Shown here: positions 9,916 to 20,434 of the stretch, one piece after another | Numbering within the stretch: position 1 is the stretch's first letter | Layout of the letters: every line of letters starts with the position of its first letter | NCBI GenBank assembly: GCA_964019335.1 | Contig: OZ025670.1 | Span: 186,001-250,000 of the forward strand | Length of the DNA: 64,000 bases | Direction: 5' to 3' | DNA from: Diplonema japonicum | Taxonomy: Eukaryota; Protista; Euglenozoa: Diplonemea | Notes under the pieces: generated by a model | Database searches by the model: none | What the model was told of the DNA's origin: nothing | The model's input: only the letters and a program-made list of their open reading frames with translations | Program-made: the position numbers and the translations under genes

Positions 9916-11745
9916 ATGGGCACCCCGACGCCGTCCCTCACCCTCTCCCTCTCCCCTACAACAACATGGACGGTCCCGACGCGGACGGCGACGGTGAGCG
10001 AGTCAGTGACTCCCTCCTTGTCAGCAACAGAGACCATGTCACTGTTTACAAGGACGGAAACAGGGACACGGACACTCCCAACTCCGACGATGAGCCGTAC
10101 GTTGAGCGAAACAGGAACGCTGTTGAGGTCTACCCTGACAAGGAGTTTAACTGAATCAATGACTCAGCCGACTATGACGATGACCGTAACGGAGACCGTG
10201 GAGCCTCCATTTCAGCCCCCCGAGGCACCGACAGACACGGCTACCCTCCTTGTCGCAGGCGTGCCCAGTAATGTACCGTTTGATGCTGTGGTGCCTGCTG
10301 TGCAGCCCACCAGCGACGACGACAACACGCTTCTCATCATCCTTGTCATTGCGTGCATTGCCGTGTGCATCATCGCGCTCATCATCGGATTCTTCGTCAT
10401 GAAGCTCTGGAACAACTCCCAAACCCTCGAACAACAATACACTTCGAAGAATCAACAAATTTCCGATCTCAGAAAGCAACAGAACGATGCACACAAAGCC
10501 ATGGAGGAGTTCAGAGTCAAGATAGAGGAGCGCGACAACGATCTCAGCGAAGCGGAAGGCCTACGGGGGGACATACACCGGCAGGTGAAGGAAATAGAAG
10601 AACTGAAGGGCGAACAGGCGGCCTCAATTGAAAAACGAAGAGCCGAACAGAAAAAGGTTTGCGAGGGGGAAAAGGAAAAAAAAAAAAAACAAACACCAAA
10701 CAGGTGCAGAGGGACGTGGAAGACATGCAAATAAAAATCGATGCCTTGATGGAGCTACAGAAAGAGACAGAGACCAAGCTTGGAAAGTATGAAGAAGATA
10801 AAGCATACAATACAAAACAGTGTGAAACAAGCCGTCGGGAATGCCCCTTCAGTTGTCGCGCCTCGAGGGTCTCTGGCGGAGACAGCTGTGCCACCCGAAG
10901 AGGGTGATTCAGAGGTGGAGGCCATACCCGTTGATCTCGAGGCGCTTGGGAGCCAGTATAACAGCTACACTACACCCACGCTTGGCAACGGGTCGCCACG
11001 AGGGATGCCTGTCCTCACGCCATCCTTCCCATCAGCAGCATCCACAACACCTTGGTGGAAGGGTACGGATAGGACAGCCAACCCGCAAAACAGCAGCGTC
11101 ACGTCCTTTCCTTCCTTCACCAGCAACCCAAACGATCCTTTGCTGGGTCACAAGACGCAGTCTGGTAAGCAGCTCTCTTTCTCTCCCCACAACGCATCGC
11201 CACCTCCAGGCGGCGACGGCTACGTCCCGCCCACAATCGCACCTCTTCTCATCAATGGAACAAATGGAACTGAAGAACCGCAGCTCCTCCGGCACCCGTT
11301 GCTGCCCGAGCCGTTGCTTGGCGGGGTTGATCCTGCACAAGGCGATGTCGCGCAACCCCCGCCGCCTTCATGGTGTTACTTGCAACACATAAACCCTGAT
11401 CCGATCAGGAGAAAGCATAATTATTATGTGTACAAAAAGAGGTTGGTGCAGGTGTTATCAGACGACAAGGGCGTCTTGTGGTTGGAGGTTGCCTCGCAGC
11501 GGCAATCTTCTCGCACGTTAGTCAGCAACATAGTCTCTGTAGGTGAAGAGTTCGATAACACACCGTCGATGAAGTCGAAAATAGCGTTTTACATCCAAAC
11601 AGCGACCGAGAAGCAAGTTTTTGTCACATCTACAGCTGCAGAGCGAGCGACCTGGTTCCAGTGGTACGCGTCGTACTCCCGACAGCCACAGCCACAGCAG
11701 CAGGTGCAACCTCAGTCGCAGCCTTCGCTGCAGGTTGCGTTGTGA
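9916..11745 (+). CDS. single-pass membrane protein: Thr-rich ectodomain, TM, coiled coil, C-terminal PH-like domain; introns 10657-10703, 10787-10820 (5' end uncertain)
   Basis: Two GT-AG introns join three ORF-track frames. TM LLIILVIACIAVCIIALIIGFFVM; PH-like signature FYIQTATEKQVFVTSTAAERATWF. Confidence 0.75.
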
Positions 11746-12520
11746 TTTTTGTGGAGACATTCATAAAAATAAAAAAAAAAATAAAAATAAAAATAAAAAT
11801 AAAAAATATCACCTCGTTTCCCCCTCCCTCCAGCAACAGAGCAATGATAAGGCGGGGAAAATGTTGCCCTGGCTGTGTGTGTGTTAGCTTTTTTGGGCCC
11901 TCGACAACGGGGGTGAACAAGAACAAAAAAAAAAAAGAAACAACGATAACAGGAAAGGAACCCAATATATCCTTGAGCCTTGTTCTTTCCCCCCCCCATT
12001 TTTTTTTGGCTTTTTTTCCCCCCTTAGTTTTAAGTTATCGTTTGCTGTGATATTTTTTTTTTTTTTGAAATTCTTCTATAAAAAAGAGAAAGAAATTACC
12101 CCCTTCCTGAACAGAGACGCATTACAGAGTGAGAGAGAGAGGAGCGAGAAAAAAAGGAGAAATTTAAAGTCTGTTTGGCAGTTTTCTATTTCTTTTTTTT
12201 CCCTTCTTTTATCCCCCCCCTCCCTATTGGACCTCTCATTCACTTGAGACCCAATTCAGTCTTTTTCTTCTTTATTTTTGTTTAGGCTATCATGTTTGAT
12301 GTCCCCAATAATGCCCTTCCACAAAAGAAAAAAAAGTGAAAAAAGTAATAAAAAAATCTTTCTTTTTTGCCCTCCGCATTATCCCCATCACCATCCACAT
12401 TTTAAGTTTGTTGTGTTGTAAGCTTTCCCCCTCGATTCCCTTCCCCCCCCCAGAAAAAAAAGAAATTTCTTTTACTTCAACATCTTATAAAAAAAAATAG
12501 TCGGGCACGGAAATACAAAA

Positions 12521-14191
12521 ATGTTTGTCATTAATACAGCTGCTGAGATCGGTGGTGCGAAGCACAACTACGAACTGGCATTCCCCACACATCCGAGCAT
12601 CGAGGAGCTCAAAGCAGAGGGGGCCGCTGTGTTCAGCCGCGTAGCAGACAAGCCGATTACAGTCGGCGCAATGCAAATTTACGACTCGCGAGGTCAAGAA
12701 TGGGTGGATTTGCTCTATGAAAGCCAGATACTGAATCACTGCCAAGTCTTTGTGTATCAAGATGTCGCACCAGGCGTCGCTGTAGAAGCAGCTGTTCCAT
12801 TTGAGGAAAAGACGGGTGCTGTGTTCCAGGAGCTGTCCCGAACCCATAGGGATCTTCTTACTGTGGAGGACTTTGTGAAAGGCTTGCAGGCATTGCGTCT
12901 CGACCTTTCCGACGCGTCTCTCAGCAACCTCTTCCACCGCTCCGACTGCGACAACGATGGGTACCTCTCCGTCACAGAGTTCCTTAGTTTTAGCACGAAG
13001 CACCCTACACTACTCGAGGCGGCTTACCAACGTTGTATCGACATGTACAAAGAACAGCAGACTGATCGCGAGGTTCAGCTTACTCATCACAAGCTGCAAA
13101 CGCTCGCCGAGAAGGGCCGTGAAAAGCGAGAGGCCCTTCGTGCTGCGGAAACCTTTGAAGTCAAGAACCGCACGACCCTGCACTCCCAGATCGGCGCCCT
13201 CGCCATCGCCCAGGAACGCGACCGTGAGGCGTCCGACCGCCTCGTAAAGACCACCGAGTCCGTCGACATGGCAACGCACGCGCTTGAAGTTAAAAAACAA
13301 GACCTCCAAACAGCTCGTGATGAGGAACGGAAAACCTGCTGCCGTGCCGAGGAGGCCGACCTCGAACTTGCATCGGCCGTGGCTCTGATGGAGCAATCAG
13401 AGCAAGCAACCACCCGAGCCTCCGGAAATGTAAAAGCCTTGGAAACCGAACTAATGTTGCAAAAAGAAGAGTTGCAGAAATGCATGGACGAGCAGCAAAG
13501 GTGCAGCGGGATGCACGCCGCTGCAGAAACACGGAAGCGCCTTGCCAAAGAAGCCCTGGCACGAGCAAGTGAGTTCTCATCTGCAATGGCATCTGAGGTG
13601 ATAACTGCGGAGAACGATCTGAAGATGCTGGGAAGAAGGGAGCAGGACGCGACAGCGTTTGCAAGGGCATCCTCGATAGAGGCAGCAAGGGAGCTGGCGA
13701 CGCACGAGATGATCAAGAGTTCCATGGCGGAGGTGAGGCAGCAAAGGGAGCTTCTGGCAGTGGAGGAGGTCGAGGCGCGTAGAGAGCAAGCGGAGCTGCT
13801 GTCCATCAAGCGTGAACACGAAGCCCAGTCGAAGAGGAGGGTGGATCGGAGAGCCTACGATGATCTCAAAGAGATGCACCTCATAGAAAAAGAGCTTGCT
13901 AAAGACTATTATCCGAGTTCTCCATCCCCCGTCCCGCACACTCCCGCCACCAAGCACCACTCCCCGACACGATCCCCCGCAACGTCGCCCGGTCTCGTCC
14001 TCACTGAGGCAGAGCGTGCTGCCGTATTCAGAGCCCGTACCATCGCTGCTGCTGCTGCTGCTTCGACAACACCTCAGCCTCAGGTTCAGCCGCAGCTGCA
14101 GCACAGCTACACACGTCTTGCATCACCTGTTGTACAAACCACCCCCTCCCTCATGCTATCTCCTAGATACAGGCCTGTTCCTATTTGGTAG
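12521..14191 (+). CDS. BILBO1-like protein (N-terminal ubiquitin-like domain, EF-hand, coiled coil)
   Basis: KHNYELAFPTHPSIEEL and EWVDLLYESQILNHCQVFVYQ resemble the trypanosome BILBO1 NTD. EF-hand DCDNDGYLSVTE followed by a long coiled coil. Confidence 0.8.
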   Translation: MFVINTAAEIGGAKHNYELAFPTHPSIEELKAEGAAVFSRVADKPITVGAMQIYDSRGQEWVDLLYESQILNHCQVFVYQDVAPGVAVEAAVPFEEKTGAVFQELSRTHRDLLTVEDFVKGLQALRLDLSDASLSNLFHRSDCDNDGYLSVTEFLSFSTKHPTLLEAAYQRCIDMYKEQQTDREVQLTHHKLQTLAEKGREKREALRAAETFEVKNRTTLHSQIGALAIAQERDREASDRLVKTTESVDMATHALEVKKQDLQTARDEERKTCCRAEEADLELASAVALMEQSEQATTRASGNVKALETELMLQKEELQKCMDEQQRCSGMHAAAETRKRLAKEALARASEFSSAMASEVITAENDLKMLGRREQDATAFARASSIEAARELATHEMIKSSMAEVRQQRELLAVEEVEARREQAELLSIKREHEAQSKRRVDRRAYDDLKEMHLIEKELAKDYYPSSPSPVPHTPATKHHSPTRSPATSPGLVLTEAERAAVFRARTIAAAAAASTTPQPQVQPQLQHSYTRLASPVVQTTPSLMLSPRYRPVPIW

Positions 14192-14263
14192 TCTATGTTG
14201 TACTGTACATTTACTTATTTGTTTCACCCCCCCCTTTCATTCCTATTATACAGGACGCCATGC

Positions 14264-17025
14264 ATGATGCAGCGGGGCGTGAGGCGGTGGTACAGCGGAC
14301 TGCCGAGGACATTGTGGAAGAACAGGAAAGAAGAATGGATACATGTGTTGCACACTAAGGTTGTGTTCGAGACGTTGCTGGTAGACGTGGAGAAGAAGCT
14401 GCCGCCTGGTGGGGTCGAAACGCCGGACACTGAGGTGTCGCTGAAGCTAACGGAGCTGTTTGGGTTGGACGAGAACTGCGTCCACTGGCTGACAGACAGG
14501 GTAGTTAAACGGTACGAAAAAGCTCAGTCTCCCATCGGTCCGCAGGTAGCATGTGTACTGGTACAAAGGGCACTGAAGAGACGCCCCCTGCTGGGGGTAA
14601 GCATCCTCACCTCTTGTCAGGAACCGCAGTCCATTCCCACAAGGATCTACGAGAGCACCCTGCAGGCACTAGCGTCATCTTCCTCCATCACCGACGAGCA
14701 GCGCTTGCAGGCATCCCTAACAGTCAGCTCTCTGCAGGGTCCCCCGACCTCTAAGAGCTTAAACATCATGCTCGAGATTAGCCTTTACAATAAGGACGTT
14801 GAGTACTGCACAACGCTGCTCACGAAGATGGAGAACCTTGGCATTCCTCTCATGAAGAGTGTCGGCGAGAAAGTGCTACCGTTCCTGTGTCAGAACAACC
14901 ACAGACAGAAGGCTGCAGAGGTGCTTGCCTCTCTCGCAGCGTGCGGCGGCCTCACCCCGCCACTGCGGGCACTCGCACGACAGTTTGACTTAGAAGAGAT
15001 GACAAACCCCATGCTGCTGCGTGTGCCTGCCAGGATGCACCCCGAGAATATCACGTTTGCCATGTCACCGTTGAATCCTACACGGATGAGCGATGAAAGG
15101 TTGAGCGTGCACCTGAGGAGGTACCACATCAGAGTCAAGCACCTAATGGCAAAAAACAAGGTCCACAGAGCGTGGGAAGAGTTTAAAGAAGCGAAGAAAC
15201 TATTCGAAACGGCGAAAGCGACGGGGCAGGAGGTGGAAAAGAAGTCTTACACAGAAATGCTGTGCACGGTACGTGCCATCGGTAGCTACGTCGATGCGGT
15301 GTCGTACTACGAGGAGTCCAAAGAGAGGGGTGTCTGGTGCCCGTACATCGTGTGTATCACCATCGCTGCAATGGTGCTCTCGAAGAATGTAACGATTGCG
15401 AGGTCGGTCCTGAAGGAGTACCGCGAGAAGCCTCTGGGCCACGACAACGTTCCGTATGACGCCATGCTGCGGGTGTGCCAGGAGGCGACAGACGTCGCTG
15501 TGTGCAAAGAAGTGTGGGACTGGGCCGCGGAAGACAACATCACCATCGGCCGTGCGGGTCACATTGCAACCATGTATATCTATGTTAAGCTCCAAGACCT
15601 GACAGCAGCAATGCAGCTGTACAACGACAGCTACCCGCAACACTACCTGAGCCCAGGATTCCTCCTTCCTCTGATTGGCCTTCTCTCAGGGCTTGAGCAC
15701 TGGGGCTTGCTGCGGCGCGTGCTGCACAAGGTGAGGATCGCTTTGCAAAACAGAGTTTACGTGAGCCCCAGGGTGATGGGGATGCTCATCAACTACGCAG
15801 CAGCGAGGGGGAACTACCCGTTGGCGAAAGACACATATTTGCTGTCGTTGATGTATAAAATCCCTACGGAGGAAAAGACCTTGGTGCAGCTGTTGGATCT
15901 GGCCTTGCTGAAGGAGGACGTGCTCATGTGCTGCAAGCTATACGAGTCGCTCTTGAACCGCACGTTGGAGTCGGCACGGTTTGTACTGGTGACAGCGATG
16001 AGGAAGGCGGACATGTGCGTGGGGTTGTTCAAGAACTCCCTAAGCACCGTGAGAAGGATGGCGGGAAAGAGCGATGCAAGGACTCGGGAGACGTTGATGA
16101 ATATGCTGCACACGGCAATGAAAGCCCTTGCAAGGACACCATACGTAAGGGAGGACAGCATGTATTACTACACCCTGTGCTTGCATTACTCAAGATTTAT
16201 GAGACGGAAGGACGGGTCCTACCACAAAACAAGATACCTCATGGGGACTGTCTTGTTCCTGTACAGACACAACCCGGACATTCTCACGGCTAAGGTGTGG
16301 ACGGCGATCGCTGTGGCCTGGAACTTCCAGCATCTTTTTCATGCTTTCGAGGAGAAGGAGGTGGAGATCTTGCCACCCGACATCATCGACAGCGTGCTGA
16401 CACATCTGTGCAACGAGGGCTCCTCGTGGCTCCCGGAGCAAGTGGAGGCTGCCGTCGGGAACTGTGTCCATGCTATGTCACGAATGAAGATACGGCACGT
16501 GACAGGGTGCTACTCGAGTTTTTACCAACGAGGACTGCAAGCAATCCTTGACAACGAGCATCGCAGTAGGGCAGGGCAAGAGGTGGCTAAGAAGGCAACA
16601 AGCGAAGAGGCCTGCAAGGAGCTGAAAAATTTACTATCAATGGGGAACACTCCACAGAGCGACCCGGAACCAACAGAAGCAGCTAAACCAAAAACAGGCC
16701 TGCTTGTTGTGCCTTTCCAGAACCTGGGGTTGACAAGATTGTTGCTTGAGCTGGTGGTATGTACGAAATAAAGAAAAAACATCCTCCCCTCCACTAGATA
16801 GATGAACTTCGGGCCAATGAAGGTGTTTTCGCCAGCGGAAGGAACCCCACCCCGGCCCTGTTTAATGAGGTGAGACGTGTCCCCCAGTTTTTTCCGGATT
16901 TGCAGAGCTGGACGGACACCTTCGAAGAATTGTGTGGAAGGTACGCCCCGCAGAGGGCGAAGCTCGAAGAGGAAGTCGATCGACTGAAACGGTTGCTAAA
17001 GCTCAAGGAGAGTGAAGACAAGTAG
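14264..17025 (+). CDS. PPR-like helical-repeat protein, probably mitochondrial; intron 16757-16797
   Basis: Transit-like MMQRGVRRWYS and PPR-like motifs (PTSKSLNIMLE, DNVPYDAMLRVC). A 41-nt intron opens a last exon ending at TAG 17025. Confidence 0.7.
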
Positions 17026-17127
17026 TCCGTGTCCTTCTTCCCCCCACTTTTTTTTCTTTTTTTTTTTTTTCCGTGGAGGCAGAATTTACAAAAAATAGGG
17101 TCATTACACACAAAAAAAAATAATAAT

Positions 17128-17313
17128 ATGGGCGGTGACACCTGGAACACGATGGACAACCGTTTCGCCAAAACAGCGGGGTTCCTCCCAAACACACTCG
17201 ACTTCCTCGGTAGCTTTGGGTTCGAGCTAATGGTGAAGGCCGACGAGGTAAGAGACACGCTGCCCCCCAAGATCTACACCAAACACCGCTGCTTCGGTCC
17301 GGATTGTGACTAA
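17128..17313 (+). CDS. 61-aa small protein of unknown function
   Basis: Coding-like island between homopolymer tracts with an A-rich start context. Confidence 0.6.
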   Translation: MGGDTWNTMDNRFAKTAGFLPNTLDFLGSFGFELMVKADEVRDTLPPKIYTKHRCFGPDCD

Positions 17314-17569
17314 GAAAGAAGAAAAAAAACAAGGTTTCATTTAAAATCTTTTTTTTTTTAAAAAAACCAAATAAACCCCTAATATTATTACACACCACAC
17401 TCATATCACATACTACACACCTTTTTTTTTTTTTTTTTTTTCTTCTTCTTCTTTTTTTTTTTTTTTTATACTATTCTTATTGTTATTTCACCCCCCCCCC
17501 CCTTTTCATTAAATATTCAACCAACCACAAAAAAAAAAAGAGGGGTGACCAAAGAAAAAAAAAAAAAGA

Positions 17570-18598
17570 ATGCCGAAGTACCAACGCCTTGATCAAGAAA
17601 AGACGAAAAGGTCAAAAATCGACGATAATGACATGGAAGACGGGGAGGTGTCTAGACTGTATAGGGACGAGAAGAAATATGTGATTGACACCCCTCACGG
17701 ACCGCTCACTGTGTCGGTGGAACCAGGGTGCGACCCTGAGAAACAGAAAGATAAACCTATCTGGCTGACGTACCACGATATCGGAACGAACCACGTGACA
17801 TGTTTCGGGTCGTTCTTCGCGTTGGAGGAATGCAGGATCTTTAAAGAAATGTTTTGCATTCTACACATTGACGCTCCTGGTCACGAAGAGGGCGCCAAAC
17901 CCCTTCCATCTGGATACAAAATGACCATAGATAATCTTTCTGAACAAATCGGATACGTGGTCCGAAAATTCAACAAACACGAGGAATACGGAAAGGTGTA
18001 CGGGTTCGGAGTTGGTGCAGGATGCTCTGTCTTGTTGAAGTACGCTGCATTCGATGTCAACCAGGCTAGATTCGCAGGGATGATTTTAGTGAATGGAAGC
18101 GGGTCCAAAGCAGGTTGGAGAGAATGGATGTGGTCTAAAATGTTAACCAGCTCGCTGTGGATGAACGGGATATCACCGCGTGTTAAAACGGCTTTTACAC
18201 ACAGACTGTTCACTCTTGAAGCAATTGACAATAATGAGGATTTGACTGAAGATTACGCACACACTTTGTCCACAATGGTGCCTGGAAACCTTGCGCAGTT
18301 CGCTGAAGCGTACGTCAAGCGTGAAGATATGGCAGACGAGCTCGACTGTGTGTCGTGTTTCGATGTGATTCAGTTTGCCGGAGACGACAACAGCGATTTC
18401 TACTGGCACGTGAAGGAACTGAACAAAATGTTCGATTTCGGGAAGTCAACCTTCCTTCGCATCGAGGAGTGCGCAATGCTTGTAACGGAAGAAGGCCCTC
18501 ACCACATGGCAAACCCCATCAAATACTGGCTTGGGGGGAAAGGTTATATCCTCTCAAACCTCGATATTCGTGCCAACCGCCATCCTGATGACGAATAG
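17570..18598 (+). CDS. NDRG-family alpha/beta-hydrolase-fold protein
   Basis: TPHG, LTYHDIGTNHVTCF, HIDAPGHEEGA, GFGVGAG and LVTEEGP motifs. Confidence 0.9.
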   Translation: MPKYQRLDQEKTKRSKIDDNDMEDGEVSRLYRDEKKYVIDTPHGPLTVSVEPGCDPEKQKDKPIWLTYHDIGTNHVTCFGSFFALEECRIFKEMFCILHIDAPGHEEGAKPLPSGYKMTIDNLSEQIGYVVRKFNKHEEYGKVYGFGVGAGCSVLLKYAAFDVNQARFAGMILVNGSGSKAGWREWMWSKMLTSSLWMNGISPRVKTAFTHRLFTLEAIDNNEDLTEDYAHTLSTMVPGNLAQFAEAYVKREDMADELDCVSCFDVIQFAGDDNSDFYWHVKELNKMFDFGKSTFLRIEECAMLVTEEGPHHMANPIKYWLGGKGYILSNLDIRANRHPDDE

Positions 18599-18742
18599 AT
18601 GGAGGGAAAGAAAAAAAAAAAAAAGAAAAAAAGAAAAATTGTGTACATATTTTTTTTTTTTTTTCTTTTTCTTCCGACATTGAAAAGATGGAAATAATAG
18701 AATTTAAAAAAAAAAAAAAAAAAGCCCTCTTTCTCCCCCCCG

Positions 18743-18773
<31 letters not shown>

Positions 18774-19432
18774 TGTGTTTTTTTTTCTTTCCGTTTTTTT
18801 TATTATTCCTATAGATAGAGCTTGACTGACGTTGGGCAGGGTCGTCTGTTTTTTTTTTAAAGGGAGGAAGAAGAAATGAAGAAGGAAAAAAAAGGGGGGG
18901 GGGGCGTACGAATGCCGTATTTTAAATTGACTTATTGCGTTGCTAAATAACTATCGGTATAATATTGGTCAAGGCAATTTTTTTTTTTAGATTTTTGCCA
19001 AGGTCTTTATTTTAGAAACTTATTAAATTTACAATACGGTATAACATAATTAACATGGGGATAAAGCGACAGCCCCCCCCCCCCCCCCCCCTACTTGCTA
19101 TTTTTCTTCACATGGCCCGTTAATGGTAAATGCCCGTCCTCTTTATTACCCCCCATTCGGCCCCCTTTTTTTTTCTTATTCCATATCTTTTTTTTTTCTT
19201 TCACCTATTTGCCGAGGCTGGATGTTTTTTTTTTCTTCTTCTTTTTTTTTTCTCTTTTCATGTCCTACCCGCATCCCTCTTTTTCTTCCATTCAAACCCC
19301 CCCCCCCCCCCCCCACTTATTCAATCTCTCTGACCCTGAAGTTTATATGTTTTTATTACATATTTAATATTTATCCATGCTACCTATCCTATCTTAAAAA
19401 AAGAAAGAGGAAAGCAAAAAAAAAAAAAAAAA

Positions 19433-20248
19433 ATGGACAAGTCTCTCGACGAGATAATAGCGGACGACCGGCCCGTTGCACACCAACACAGTCAGCCTCC
19501 AATTGAAAGATTTGGTAAAGGGAGCAAAGGGTTCGGGGGGAAAGGGTGGAAAGGAGGGCTGCCTCCGACTGTTCGGCCCGAGCCTTACAGATCAGGGAAA
19601 GGGGGTAAAAAAGGTACATACAGGGGAGCACGAGCTGAACCAGATATCAATGAAAGGTGGGTGAAGGACAAGTTCGACGATGGCACAAGGGGGAAAAGGT
19701 TCATGAAGCCTCTGAAGCCAGCGGAGCATTTCGACATCAATGCCCGAGTTCACATCAAGGGTATACCGTGGAATTGGGAAGAAAAGGAGCTGAAGCATGT
19801 TTTGGAGCAAGCCGCGCCTGTTCATAAGCTTGTATTCTACTACGATACCATCGGTCGGCCGAACGGCACTGCGATGGCTACCTTTTACAATCAACACGAG
19901 GCGTCTAAGGCGATTGAGGTGCTTGATGGATGCAAACTCAGCTCTTCTGTCATCTCCTTGTCTGCTGCTAAATCTTCGTATGTGAATTCAAAAAAAAAAA
20001 AAAAAAAAAAAAAAAATCTCACAGCACGCTTCCCGACCAAAACCGCCGAGTCCTCACCCCCAGTTTCGGACGCCCTGTCTCTGTCTACCGGCCACCCAAA
20101 CCTGTGGAAGCCGCTCCGTATGTGAATTCAAAAAAAAAAAAAAAAAGAATAAAAAAAAAAAAAAAAAAACGCTCACAGGCAAACTGAGACTGAAAAAATG
20201 AATGATGAGTTGCAAGCTTTCGTTGCGGGTAGTGAGAAAGGTGAGTGA
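19433..20248 (+). CDS. ALYREF: ALY/REF (THOC4/Yra1)-like mRNA export adaptor; introns 19978-20024, 20118-20178
   Basis: N-terminal MDKSLDEII motif, GK/RG-rich region, RRM (YDTIGRPNGTA), and spliced C-terminal MNDELQAF motif. Confidence 0.75.
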
Positions 20249-20434
20249 GGGGTTTTTTTTTTTTGGAAAAAGAAGGAAGAAAAAAAAAAAAAAGGAAACC
20301 AAAAAGAAAGAGTGTCAGTTGTCTTACCACCTTTTTTTTTTTTTCTTTCTTTCTTTCTCCCTCCCCCCTTCCCTCCCTTAGACAACGAAAGTTTCATTGC
20401 TTCTTAAAGCCTCTCTCCCAAAAAAAGAAAAAAA

